Source of the DNA: Cirrosporium novae-zelandiae
Lineage: Eukaryota
Assembly: GCA_026023565.1 (NCBI GenBank)
Contig: JAPETS010000017.1
Span: 248,001-312,000 of the forward strand
Direction of reading: 5' to 3'
DNA length: 64,000 nucleotides
Shown: piece by piece, positions 26,909-39,969 of the stretch
How positions within the stretch are numbered: the first letter of the stretch is position 1
Layout of the letters: every line of letters begins with the position of its first letter
Translations under genes and position numbers: made by a program
Notes under the pieces: model-generated
Database searches by the model: none
The model's input: only the letters and a program-made list of their open reading frames with translations
What the model was told of the DNA's origin: nothing

Positions 26909-28139
26909 TTACATGAGACCGCAATTCCGTAGGTTTTCCTGGATTATGATGTCTAGAAAGAAAAAAGTTAGCAAGGACATGATTGCGAATTCAGTGAATA
27001 AAAAAAACTTACCATTAACAGCAGCCATGACAAACCGTATTTGAGTGGTATCCGTTGCACATGTGAAATGAGTGTAGATCTGTTTTGTCTCGTGTTGGTT
27101 GAGGGAAACAAATCTGTTTAGGATATAATCGCAGGCAGCAGCATAGTCTGCACCACCTTCATAATCAGGGAAGTAGTTTTTCATCGGGCTGACAGGGAGT
27201 TTTTCCTTGAAACGATCGATCTTGTTCAGGAAGAGAATGATGGATGTCCGGACGAACCATCTCGAGTTGCAAATAGAATCGAACAGAGTTAGCGCTTCCT
27301 GCATACGGTTCACTGTCTCATCTTCGAAAAGAAGCTGATCATATTCCGAGATAGCAACGAGGAAGAGAATGGTTGTAACATTTTCGAAACAATGGATCCA
27401 CTTCTTTCGTTCGGACCGCTGGCCACCAACATCGAACATTCGATATGTCAACTCGCCAATGAGGAAGGTAGTTTCGGTAATACCAGTAGTCTTGACACGG
27501 GAACGTAGGACATCTTGGTCGTTGGGAAGATAATCGGGTTGTGCAATACGGTCAATTGAGTCAAAGTAGCTTGGGTGGCAAAGTCAGTCGTGTAATGAAA
27601 AGAAGGCATCAACAAAGCTTACTATTTCGCGGAATCATTCAATTGGTATTCTCTCGATCGTTTGAAGCACTCTTGTACACCGGCATCTTTCCATAGGGCA
27701 GCGATAGCATTACCAACCTCTGGTGGTAAGCTTTCGCCTTCAATCTGCGCAGGCTGCATGAAGATCGTCTGGACATGATATTCCATACGTTGATCGGACA
27801 GTGGGAGTTCAAGAGACTCCATAGCCTCGAGAATGACACGCATTGACTGAACAGTATTACTGTAGATGATTTCTTTGAATGATTCGCGCTCATCACGAGA
27901 GTAACCGCCTTCATGGATAAGCTTCATCTGCTTCAAGATTGTGGATTTGCCAGACTCTCCAGCTCCTTTAAAATTGTTAATATCAACAAACATCCAAAAT
28001 GCGTTCGCTTCGATTCCTTACCAAGTAGAAGCATCTTGATCTCATTCTTCTGTTTAACCTTGTCCATTTTCAATTGATTCTCAATTTCATCATTCCTCTG
28101 CTTCCCCTCCTTCTCCTGTGTGCTCATTCCACAACCCAT
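26909..28139 (-). CDS. fadA: Heterotrimeric G-protein alpha subunit, group I (FadA/GNA-1), 353 aa
   Basis: Exons 28139-28022, 27965-27623, 27569-27013 and 26952-26909. Motifs [38 protein letters not shown]-terminus CGLM. Confidence 0.97.
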
Positions 28140-28196
28140 TTCGGCGGTTTTCTTAAAGCGTTTTGGTATTAGATAATGTATTGAGGTAAGGTGAAT

Positions 28197-28428
28197 CTGG
28201 TACGCGAGAGATTAGCTGTCTGAAGAACTACGGAGGTCACCACAAATTAATAGAATTGATTTGAGGCATAGGAAGACGTATGGCAATTGATTGGCGAGGG
28301 TATGATGGTAAGATGGTATAGCATTGTTATGATTGGGGGTTGACAAGAGTAAATAAGAATTCTCATGCCGAGATGAGGCGAGACTTCCCTCACGGGAGCT
28401 TAAAGAGGTCGGGGGATATGCAACTTAC
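28197..28428 (-). other. Probable 5'-UTR intron of the G-alpha gene
   Basis: Minus-strand donor GTAAGT at 28428, branch GCTAAT at 28216-28211, acceptor CAG ending at 28197, which is 57 nt before the ATG. Confidence 0.55.
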
Positions 28429-31248
28429 TGGAAAGGTCTCCAAAAACAATCTTGTCAAGAAGTATTTCGTGGTTTCAAAGGATAATTATGGTCACGAGCG
28501 ACGATTTGCAGATATGCAGGTCGGTTTTCAGGATATAATTGTCTGTATTGATGATGAGACGAGAGGAGGCGACAAGAAGAGAAAAAAGTCAGTCGAACAG
28601 GACTGCAAAGTCGAAGTGAACAACCACCCAGCAAAGAATGGATCGCGCGAAAGGACGCAAAGAGAGGATTGAATTGTTTGCGCCTGTTAAGGTCCGTACT
28701 CTGGGGGGATGAGAAAGTAATGAATGGATGAGGTTGGGTAGATTTGAGATGTGGATGTTGTTACAAAGCAGGAGAAAGTGTCGACCTTTCAGGAGGAGGT
28801 TGACCCCTTAGAAGACCAGGTGAGATTCACCGGTGGAGAAGCCTTTTCCTGTCGGAGAGTTCAAGAGATGGCGCTTTGGTCAGCCTAGACGGGGTTTAGC
28901 GAATTGGTCTACTGCGAGTAGTTTGAAGAGCGAGGGGAACCAAGAGGAACCAGGAAGGGGGAAACCAAAGGAGGAATTGAACGAATCAGACCAACGAAAA
29001 CCACCAAAGCGAGGAACCAACGAAATACCAAGAGGGAAACGGCCAGTTTTTTTTTTCAATTCAGTTCCCTCCTTCAACTTCCTTGCTAGTTTAGTGTTAT
29101 TTATTCTAGTCTCAAACCACCCTAGACCAGTTTACTAGTAGGCGAAACTCCTCTGACCTCTGTTGTCTCTGCTTTCTTGGTAAAGAAGAGGCGTTTTTTG
29201 CCCAGCTTTTCCACCTTCCCTTCCCAGCCATTCATATTGAAGAGAATCATTAGTTGGTGACAAGGACGTAGGGCATAAATCATTGACAGGGTGACTGATT
29301 TATCCATTTAGGAATTTTTATTTTTTTTTATTTTCTAATCCTTTCTAGTCCTTCCATGTGAGGCTCCTTTCTCCCTACCATTGACCAATAATTCTTTTCT
29401 CTTATTCCCGCTTTCCCGAGATCATCATGATTAGCATTATTAGCATTAACGCTGATAATATATTAATACATAGTACAATGGACATATAGCAGGAATTAGG
29501 GACCTCACGGCGCCCTCAAAGCCTTCAGATCGAACTTCTCCATGTGGTTTGGCATCATTTTACATGCTTTCTTCTTGCTTCTCTTATCTGCATCCACCCG
29601 TCCGACACAATTTATTATCGACAGTCATTTTGTGGGTTACTCGTAGTTAAAGTAATTTACGTGCATATCCAACCTGTGTCAATACTTGCAACGGTGTGAG
29701 CCATCAAGATTGTATTCCTGCATACTCCTGAATGGCCTGCTCATAACATGATACTAATAATTATTCAGTTTGCCAGTCCCACGCAATAGTGAAGTTATAC
29801 AATGCTTGTACGGGTACTCATACTTTCTATTATTCCAGTTAATAGGCTTGGGGCCATCCTCTTTGGGACATAGATTCATCCTACTAGGATCGTGATCCGC
29901 GACCATAGTATCAAACAACCCTGCCTATTATTGTTCCGCAACTGACTCAGGTGGGTCATGGATGAACTTCTAGAAGGTCAACTGAAAACCATGTCTCCTT
30001 GTCAAGGATTTCAGTTCATGGTAGTGTCAATTATGAACAGTTATCCATCGTTACGCGGACTTGTTCTCGAGATGTAGGCCCCTATATCCTGTGATGCGTG
30101 TCTATTCTGTGTATAGCATTGCATTGTTATGTGGCGAATAGGGCAAGGGATTGAAACCCCAGTTTCATATTGGCCTAGGAACCAGTAGCCGAGATATGCG
30201 CAAGATCTATCATAGTCGAATGATTTTATTACTATCAATCTTCCATCCGGCGTTGCAAATTTCCCCGAGCTTTCAACACGTGGAGAGATATATTAATTAT
30301 TGACTCCTAGTTGTTTAATAAGTATATTTTTATGTTGATAAGGTCCCGTCATCTTCGATCGAGCAAAGGCCATGTGCTAAGGCCCCAAATACCTATTGAA
30401 TGAAATATCTTAAGTTTTGAACCTGTCTTCAAATATAATTCTCATGCGGTTTCCCGCATATGTCCTGCAACTTTCAGCTTTGTATGATTAACCATTTCCT
30501 GCCAGTGAAGGACAGGGTTTGGGTGAGCAGTTCCAAAGCTTTCAGTATCACTTTTCCAGGATGTTCGAAAATAAACATGATTGCACATGGACCTCGTGAT
30601 GGGGAATTTCATTCTCCACCCTCTATCCTAGGAAGGGTCGTGCTTGGGCCATGGGACAGAAGAGCTGTGTGTATATCTGGGTTATCTGATGTATTCGCAA
30701 TACTGTTTTTAGGCTTTAACGATACTTAGTAGATTGCTGATCTCGTTAATCCAATATCGCGCGCACTGAAGCTGCGAGGTAAATTAGTTGGAAACTTTGG
30801 CTACTCTCGAGCCTCTTCATACTGGGACCTAGAATTGGCCGTAATTTCGGAGTTGGCGGTCATAGAAAGAAGCTTTGATGTTGGTTTGACATTGTATCCT
30901 GTTCCTTGGAAAGCATGGCGACTAATTATCATTTAAAGTTCAACAAACCAACGTAGAAGGGTTCATCAACATTTGATTACTTTTCGTATTTTGTTGGACT
31001 TGGAAGATTTAAAAGGGCTTACATTTGGGGCAAGGGTGGCACTGGTAAGCACCCGTGACACCCTGATTACTTAGGGTTTTTACTCTCTTCTCTAGCTAAT
31101 AGTAGTATAGCGCAATCTAAAACCTGCAGATCGCGTAGATCAGTGACAACAAGAAACTTGACAACGGAACTTGTTTCCACCCGACGGTTTTCCTAGGTTT
31201 CCATGCCTTTGACATGTACATGTTCAAATCCATCATATTTATTTCAAC

Positions 31249-32152
31249 ATGGCACATCAAATGAAATCCCTCCAAGGGAGAACCCAACTCGGCGGCGGGG
31301 GTGAGACTCCTAAAGTATACCAATAATGGTCCTAGCCCACTGATAACTTCCTTTACTCTGGTAGCATTCAACCACGGTCAAAGTAGCGATGCGGAAGCTG
31401 AATATGATCGTCTTCGTGATCTTGCCCGGAGAGAGCATGAGAGAAGATCGGAATGCTTCGACAAGGTCTGACTTCTCTATCACAGCTTCATACCGGGCCT
31501 CCTAAACTCTCAGAACAGGCCCACCAAGCTTACGAGAACGGTGACGGTGCGGCGGCTCATGAATTGTCAGAAGAAGGGAAACGACATGGCCAGAAAATGG
31601 AACAGTATAACAAGCAAGCCTCGGAATTCATCTTTCGGGAAAACAATTCCGAAGGTCGAGTGGCTGGAGATACAATTGATTTGCATGGACAATTTGTAGA
31701 GGAAGCCGAAGATATATTGGAGCAACGCATAAGATATGCACAATCTCATGGACAGAGCCACCTTCATGTGTACGTTGGGCCATCCAATTCCTCCATTGCT
31801 CTACGAAACAACTCACTCTGAAAAATTCAGCATCGTTGGTAAAGGCAACCACTCTGCCAATCATGTGCAGAAAATTAAACCTCGTGTGGAGAAAGTCTGC
31901 AAAGAATTGAACCTTCAATATGATACCGAGGAGAATGCGGGAAGAATTTACATTGATCTTACGGGTGGCCCGGCGAACATGCCTCAACACCAGGAGGGAG
32001 GAAATTCTTATCCAGGCCAGCAAGGACGTCCCCAGCAGCAACATGGGAGTGGCTATCAACAAGCTCAAGAAGGTGATGAATTAGAGCAATCACTGAAGAA
32101 GATATTGCCAAGAGTCATTAGAAAACTAGAGGGATGCTGTGTTGTCATGTAG
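31249..32152 (+). CDS. DUF1771 + Smr domain protein with C-terminal CaaX, about 241 aa
   Basis: Exons 31249-31300, 31365-31465, 31519-31769 and 31831-32152. Motifs EAEYDRLRDLA, AHELSEEGK, IDLHGQFVEEA, HVIVGKGNHS, NAGRIYI; ends CCVVM. Confidence 0.92.
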
Positions 32153-32728
32153 AAGGCTTTCATATCTGTGGAGCTCTCATCTCTTCTGGTCGATACTCAG
32201 GAAATTTTTGCAATGACACGTTGAATGATTAGAATATTTCCACCATTATTGGAGATTCACCATCTGGAAACCTCTCACCTTATGTGATCGTTATGGTATG
32301 AGACATGCATGTTCCAGCCTTTGTGTGGTAGCCTCATAGATTAAAGCTATGGGGTTTCTACATTGGAAAGCAGCCATAGTTGAAATTGGGAATATATAGA
32401 ATTCCTAGCACAACAAAGTTTTAATGCAAGTTAACCGTTTTCTTAATCCAATAATGAATATGAGGTTTGTTCCGCATCGAAAAATTTGCTTAATTTTGAC
32501 CTGAGCCCTCACTAGTTCACTACGAAGCCCTCCTAGATGCAACAACACCAGGAAACCGGCTTCTCTTCTTTACCCCATCTTATCTAGAAACCTACAGGGT
32601 TCGACGAAACGAAATCCGTTCTTCTCATGTGAATAAAACCAACCGATACGGACTCCACCTAACCTTTTGTTCTCTATGATCTCACGAGTTCTCAATATCA
32701 CATATATAGTAACACAACTCTAGACACA

Positions 32729-34828
32729 ATGATTCGCCGTCGTCCTCAAGCTCACCCTCACCTCCAAGATCCTCAAAATCCTATCTCAGGTTCTCGTAAA
32801 TACGAACTTGCAGAGGACAGGATTAATAATGCCAGTCAAGTTCAAGATCTTAGTCAAAAGCCAGTTTTGCTTACTCCCAGTACTCATGATTTCCTTAACA
32901 AAAAAATTGAGTATCTAGGTCTACCCACTCCTGTGCATGATACTAGTGGGTTCAATAGAGTTCCCCATCCTGCGAAAAACGAACTCCCTTTGAGCCCACC
33001 CTCTTCGAGTCATTCTCAGGGGACGTTTCTTCAGAGGCATTCCTCAACCTCACTTGACTTCGACAACGACCTCACTCTAGTGAGCTCAAGGTCTACTTTG
33101 AAGAATGGAATCCAGGAGGAAGAGAGAGCTTCTATCAAAGATTCCCCTTCAAGCAACATCCAACACATGTGCCCTGCTGATGTTGTGATACCTACTCTTT
33201 CCGACGAACTTACTCTAGTGAACTCTCCATCATTCCTTACGCCCAAGATCGAAGCCCCGTTAGCGTGCGGTACCCTTAACAACAATGACTCTACGAACAC
33301 CTACTATCATGCGTATTTAGGTGGACCATTTCCCAATATTCGCGTTGACGCACCAAATGTTGCTATCCAGAGAAGCTACTCAGCTAGCTGTTCACAAGAG
33401 CTTCTTGCCTCAAAAAAACGCTCTACCTCTTCTATATACTCTGGAGATACAGGTGTTGAACACAATGAAACATCTCGCGTATCTAATAGGTTTACAGAGG
33501 TGTTTCATTCAAACCCTAAGTGCAGAAGTGTTTCTAAGGCTACTATTGTTTTTTCTCGTATGATCTCCGAGAAATCTGCAGGCAGTCTCTCGCCGTGTAC
33601 TACATCAATTGTATCAAACCAAAATCTTGACGACCCTTTTGTGTCATGTGCTCAAGACTCTATAAAGGAAATTTCCCGGAGAATCCGGGCAGCCTTAGCT
33701 GCCGCATCTTCATACGAAGCTCTTACTGGTTGTTTGTCGAAAGCTGGCTCTCTTAGATTATCGAAGGCATGCTATACCGACAACCGTTATCCATCTCTCG
33801 GCTCGGAATGGCCAACCGACTTCCAACAGAGGCTCTTCGCACTTTCAGCCAAAATGAACTCATTAAAAAGAACCTATTCAACTAGATTAAATCGTTCTTC
33901 GACTATTCTATCTAGCCGCTATTCTGTGAAATCAAATGCATCGATCAGCAATCATCAAAATAACCTTGCCGATGAAGAATCGTCGCCTCCTCTAGAAAAA
34001 GCAGTATTGGAGAAACTTACGATAAAAGAAAAGACATCATCCCCTGCTACTTGCCGTCCTTTTACCCACCATGTATCTACAAGTCCCCGACAAGTAATCT
34101 TGAGCAATGGCAAACATTCAGCACAGTCAGCACTATGCCAGAACTATGATATCCCGACTACTATTGTTGAGAGTGATCTTCCGTATAGTGACGGGGAAAG
34201 ACAAGAGATTCACTCACGCTCGAAATCCCAGGACACTACGTCTGCTGTTGATGGAAGATCGGATTATTCAGAAGAGACCGAGAAGGGCATTCCTGCTTCC
34301 ACTATCGCCTACACCCTACCTACTCTGCGCATCGACCTTCGCTCAAATAAATGTTCTGCTAAAGAACTTTCCCCAACTGCAATTTGGAACCGACGAGCCT
34401 TTAGCGAGCATCGATATGCGTCCCACTTTTCTTTTCCGGAGAATAATCAGATACCCGAGCGAGCTGTGTCTATAGGCACGTTTAAGTCTATTTCCGAATG
34501 CTATCTTGCTGAAGAAGGGGTGCTATCTCGTCTCTCCTTCGTCTCCCTCTCCAACATCTTCCGCAGAGGCGTCGGCGGCCTCATTCACCTACGCCTCATC
34601 TTTGAAGAGAAGTTCAATCAGTATCAGCGAATTTTAGAGATGCATGAATCACTCATAGTGGGAAATAGCGTTGGAAAGGCTGAGATGGATGCAATGAGAC
34701 TAGACATAGCGTATGCAGACTTGATGTACGAAGTCGGTCTTTGGAGATTCCAAATGGTGGATAAGCCTCACGAGTGGTGTAAGACATGTGGTGATTTTGA
34801 GAAGGTTATTGATGAATATGAAATATGA
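32729..34828 (+). CDS. Hypothetical Ser-rich protein, 699 aa, intronless
   Basis: 2.1-kb uninterrupted ORF with ATG in ACAATG context; no family recognised. Confidence 0.75.
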   Translation: MIRRRPQAHPHLQDPQNPISGSRKYELAEDRINNASQVQDLSQKPVLLTPSTHDFLNKKIEYLGLPTPVHDTSGFNRVPHPAKNELPLSPPSSSHSQGTFLQRHSSTSLDFDNDLTLVSSRSTLKNGIQEEERASIKDSPSSNIQHMCPADVVIPTLSDELTLVNSPSFLTPKIEAPLACGTLNNNDSTNTYYHAYLGGPFPNIRVDAPNVAIQRSYSASCSQELLASKKRSTSSIYSGDTGVEHNETSRVSNRFTEVFHSNPKCRSVSKATIVFSRMISEKSAGSLSPCTTSIVSNQNLDDPFVSCAQDSIKEISRRIRAALAAASSYEALTGCLSKAGSLRLSKACYTDNRYPSLGSEWPTDFQQRLFALSAKMNSLKRTYSTRLNRSSTILSSRYSVKSNASISNHQNNLADEESSPPLEKAVLEKLTIKEKTSSPATCRPFTHHVSTSPRQVILSNGKHSAQSALCQNYDIPTTIVESDLPYSDGERQEIHSRSKSQDTTSAVDGRSDYSEETEKGIPASTIAYTLPTLRIDLRSNKCSAKELSPTAIWNRRAFSEHRYASHFSFPENNQIPERAVSIGTFKSISECYLAEEGVLSRLSFVSLSNIFRRGVGGLIHLRLIFEEKFNQYQRILEMHESLIVGNSVGKAEMDAMRLDIAYADLMYEVGLWRFQMVDKPHEWCKTCGDFEKVIDEYEI

Positions 34829-35975
34829 TTGGTAAATTGATGGATCAAGAGTGTCATTACTTATGCATGAATTGCTAATGTAGTCCAGGGTCTCTTAAAA
34901 AAGGCCATTTCCCATACGAACGGCTTCATTTACTCTTCCTGGATTTCTTAAGCTTTCTTGCTCTCTGAGATATGGGAAAACGCAAAGCAGCAAAAACGAA
35001 AGAAATTTAAGAACATACAAAACCGATATGCCTCTCTCAGCTAGGGCCAGATATGTAAGTATCAAAAGATCACCTGATCGTTTGTTTGCTATGACGGTCG
35101 GATACCATGTGGGGAATCATCTACGCTTTGGGGTCTTGATGAATGGATTATAATTGTCAAGATGTTACGAAAAAAGAAGATTTGGCTCTGTGATGGAGCT
35201 TTGATGGTTATGGACTTGAGGATGTACATCCTTCTTTGACTTTTCCTATACTGGAAAATATTGACGGCCAACCAGGAGATACATCACTCGGCAGATGTAG
35301 TAGCATGTCTCCAACGTTTGGAAAGATATTTTATAGCCTCTGCACAAAATAAAATGAAATGATCTTGATCAAGCATATAATCAAAAGGTCTCCTAACAAG
35401 TCAGTTTCTTAGGCTAATGGTGAGCTGCATGATCGTATCCACAATTCACTGTCTAGAATTTATTGTCGCTTTCATTTCTAACCGTCGAAAGTATTTGTAA
35501 GATGTTTAATTTCTTGAATCTATTCGTCCATCTATCTCCTGGATATATCATTATCACACGTTCTTTTTGAAACCTCACATCCCCGAGACCCAATCTCGAA
35601 GTAAAAAACTTGTATCATTAAGTCCTGGCATAGACATGAAAACGGCATTAATGACTAACCTTGAATTAATGTAGGGAGTGGACATATCTTAAAGTCATAT
35701 GTAGATTGACATTTTCTATTATACTATATTAAAGCTGATCCTAATGAGCGGTTTTCTAAGGTACATTACGTGCGTGCATCGTAGTTACTTACATGAATGG
35801 CCAAAAGCATCCTTTTCTCGTAGAACTCCCCCAGCACTGATGAAATGCTAAGGCCTAGAAATATTTTCTCTTCACCCGCTGAAAATCTTACATTCCAAGG
35901 AACACCAACAAGCTATGAGCATATAGCAAGGTTTGCCCCTTGGCAGGATTCAGACCTAATCCCAATCATAATTCT

Positions 35976-36898
35976 TCATTGAACCACTGTCCCACCAAAA
36001 GGAGCACTGTCTTGAAGATCCTCCACCAGATCTTCCACGTTATTTAGGTATCTTCCCAGCATTTCTTGTTTCTCCTCTGTTGTCTTAGCCACATCTTTTC
36101 GAGGGCTTCCCATCGCAGTAGAATGCCTCCTGTCCTGCATTTTGCTAGGAGTTCGCTGCAAGCCGACCGCTACCGAGGGGGCTGCTGATGCCATTGTCAT
36201 TGCAGGAGTTTCTGGCATTAGATAAAAGTACAAGAATTCGACCAACTTTAATTTAACTTCCCTGCTGGTTCCCCGGGCCTTGAATAGACTTGTAACTGTC
36301 AAAAGGCCGTCCAATGCTTCAAATGTTCGTGTATTCTGTGGATTTTCCAGAAGTGCGGTGACAAGGGTGAGTAGTGTAGCACTTTGAACAGCAGGGCAGT
36401 TTGATGGCTCAAGAAGATCGAGAAGGAGATTCATATAAACTTCGCGGGCGAACAGAGAACGAGAAGATGGATGGAGCAGCAGGACTCCTTGGATAAGATC
36501 GAGCGTGGAGATTATAAGAAGTTCGTTTGCGCCCGTGGTAGATTTTCCAAGTAGTCTTTCGAGAGTAGATATTAATCGGATTGCGACTGAAATGCAATGT
36601 GTCAGCCAAAGCCAATTGGAGGGGAGAAGACATTGAACGGCTCACCATTCCACTCGAAACCTTCCTGTAATCTGAAGAATTCCCGAAAGGCGGCATCATC
36701 CTTTAAAGAGCTCAGTTCCTTTGGAGGCGACTGCACATTGGTGGGACCAAGTACGGATCGCCGTCGCTCTGCTGGTGTTTTAGACTTGGATAGGCATATC
36801 TGAGCTAGCAGACCTTCAACTTGTCGGAGGCCCTTTCTAATCTTGCCAGCGTCGTAGGAGGATAAATAATCGAAAGAGTGTGAGAGAAGAACATCCAT
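35976..36898 (-). CDS. sepM: SIN component Cdc14 (S. pombe cdc14 / A. nidulans SepM family), about 287 aa
   Basis: Exons 36898-36646 and 36586-35976. Motifs KIRKGLRQVEGLLAQIC, FREFFRLQEGFEWNVA, LLLHPSSRSLF, LKLVEFLYFYLMPE, LGRYLNNVEDLV. Confidence 0.9.
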
Positions 36899-37854
36899 GG
36901 CGCAGTTTGCTTATGCCAATTGACGTATGAAGAAACCTAGTGAAGTAGTATGACAAGTAAGACACCTTTTTACTTTGTTTTTTTGTTGTTTATTTTGTTG
37001 TTTACTTTGAATGACTGGGCCAACAACCATTCTGCCCATATCTTCCGCTTTACTTTGGGAACGTTAAGGCTAATTTAGAAAACTAAACCCTTTTGAGATT
37101 AATTACTCCATCACCGCCCACCGCCCGTCACCGTCACCCCCCCCGTTTACTCCAATCTCCAAACCAATGCGCCAACGCGCCAATGCCAACCCTTTCCCTA
37201 GAAAGTAGAAGTCCTTGCACGCCTTGTTAAGCCTTGTCAAGACGGAATTGGCGGGTTGGTTGGCGGATCAAGCGACTAAGTGAGCACTCGCAGCACTGTA
37301 TTAATTACTTATTTAGTACATACTCTACTTTTAGAAGAGCGATAGAAGCATCTGAAACAGTTGGCAAAGAAAAAAGGGAGCTGTCATTGATACCTTAGAA
37401 CGGAATATTCGCCACGACGTAGTTTCGCGCCTACTGCGACAAATAGACAGGTTGTTGGTTTCGTGGATCGCATGTGATATCTAGGCATGTACTCCGCTCA
37501 AACCCCCCGTGTCCCCTCAGAGCTCCAAACCTTCAACTGCTGCGTCATCTGTCTAGAACTTGTACCGCCGCTGATGAATGTAGTCATTCCCCCCTCCTCT
37601 TTCTGAGGCCCTGGATTGATCGCTAATTATACTCGTGTTATTGTCTAACTTCCCATCGTTCCGTGCGCAACCTGACCCTAATTTGAGCGCAACCATATCA
37701 GACCACATATTTATCCGACCAAGTGTCAAGTTCTATTTACATTATATTAACACCGAAATCAACAGGCGCTGCCTAGCGAACCGCTCTTGCCCTCCTTTAT
37801 AAACTTTGCTGCCTGGCTGCCTTCCAACAGGGGAAGGCACATACTTTGTTAAGA

Positions 37855-39206
37855 ATGTCCCGTAATCAAGAACGAAACATGCATACTCGCACCGTCTCTC
37901 ATCCAATATTCACCGAAAACTTCCAAAATCCCAATGTCATACCACCACGAACTAGTTCGACGGGCATAACTAATGGTCATGCAAAAAGTGGTTCGGTTAT
38001 AAAGCCTGTTCTAAGGCCTGTGTCTGAGGGAAGCTGGATGGCTCAGGGAAAGACTCTACATACTTCCGTATCTGATTCATCGCCTCCTGCTAGTGACCCT
38101 CCAAGAGATATTGGAAACGATATAACTCACAGTGTCCATGGTACAATGTGGTCGCGGGAAAAAGAGAAAATCATCATGGGCCCTTACGACTATATGGTTG
38201 ACCATCCAGGGAAGGATATTAGAAAACAAATGATCAGTGCTTTCAATGCCTGGCTCCATGTTCCTGAAGAGAGTCTTGCTATTATCGCCAAGGTCGTAAC
38301 TATGTTACACACGGCTTCCCTCTTGTATGTTGTTAGATATTTCGTTATCAATGCATGCTACTGGGATTCTCATAGTTTTGCGGTTTCCCTGTTGCTCAGG
38401 CCTTACTCTTTAAACTAACTCCATTTTTTGTCGCCTTTTAGAGTCGACGACGTGGAAGATTCATCCGTTCTCCGGCGAGGCGTACCAGTTGCACATAGCA
38501 TTTTTGGGACTGCACAAACAATCAATTCTGCCAACTATGTTTACTTCCGAGCATTACGGGAGATACAGAAGCTCTCGAATCCCGAAGCCATCAACATATT
38601 CACCGAAGAATTACTTAATCTTCACCGAGGTCAAGGGATGGATCTCTTCTGGAGAGATACCTTGACATGTCCAAGCGAGGAGGACTATCTGGAGATGGTC
38701 GGCAACAAGACAGGAGGGCTATTCCGACTAGCTATTAAATTGATGCAGGCGGAGAGCGAAAGTTCAAAGTTAGTCAATTGATAATACTGTGTATCCTACG
38801 CACGGAGCTGACACAATTTAGAAATTGTATTCCATTAGTCAATCTGATGGGCTTGATGTTTCAAATTCGCGACGACTATTTAAATCTCTCCGACACGGAC
38901 TACGCCCACAATAAAGGTCTGTGCGAAGACTTAACAGAAGGAAAGTTTTCATTCCCAATCATTCATAGCATACGGTCAAACACCCAAAATCTCCAGCTCA
39001 TCAACATCTTGAAGCAACGAACGACTGATGAGGAGGTCAAAAAGTATGCTGTTAGCTATATGGAGAAGACAGGTAGTTTTGGTTACTGCCGAAAAACCCT
39101 AAGCAACCTTCGGGAGAAAGCGGTGGCTCTTATAGATGAGCTTGATGCTGAGACAGGGGAAGGAAGAGGGGTGAGGATTATCTTGGATAAATTTAGCGAA
39201 AATTAA
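37855..39206 (+). CDS. BTS1: Geranylgeranyl diphosphate synthase (al-3/Bts1 type), about 393 aa
   Basis: Exons 37855-38324, 38442-38768 and 38822-39206. Motifs [57 protein letters not shown]. Confidence 0.96.
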
Positions 39207-39969
39207 GCAGACACCCTCTCAGAATCTGGAAATTTTAGGGATCGAATAAAGCTGGTAATTGGAGATGGGCTTGGGTCGGAAATTTTTGACTGTAAGGTTT
39301 CTGGCGCGGCCAAGGTTAGAAGAGAAAAGTGAGGCTATATATGTTATACGATTAACTCAATGTTTAGCCTTCAAGCGAATCACTTGCCCCTTTTACCTGG
39401 AGGGTGCCTTAGCATTTTAAAATGGAGAAAGTCGATTTTTATCGAACCTCACTTTGCGTAATAGGCCTAGCTATTGCGAATTGATAACAGATGGATTTCA
39501 TCACCGTTAAAATTCATGTACTCGAACGTCACTTTTCAAGGCTATTCTTGAACTTGGGGATGTATTATAACTTGGACCCCTTAGTCATAAAATATGATAA
39601 TAATAATCCCCCAAGGGAAATATTCACCTGAAAATAGCAGTCATTCATGCGTATGGCCACTGTAGCCTAAAACCGAAAGTCACTGGTGATGTGAATGAAG
39701 TAACTTGTAAATCGTCCAGTTTAATCATACATCTCGTTGCGTTGAAGGCTAGCTGTATGTCATTTTCTGAAAGGTTTTATCAAATGCTCCATTTCCAATA
39801 AATAGTGTTAGGCCACTGGGCCTTTTTTTGCTTTCCCCTCATAATAAGGGATCCATTCACTGGCAGTAATGTCCTGGGGATGGTGGCACAGGGCGTTCCC
39901 CTCCCGTCCGCTATTACCACTGGCTATTTACGGTTGTTGTTGCGGATGGTATTAGACTGATATTTTGAT

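Noticed and set aside
37855..39206. GGPP synthase as the core of a terpenoid gene cluster
   Set aside because: No cyclase, P450 or prenyltransferase nearby; the neighbours are housekeeping genes.
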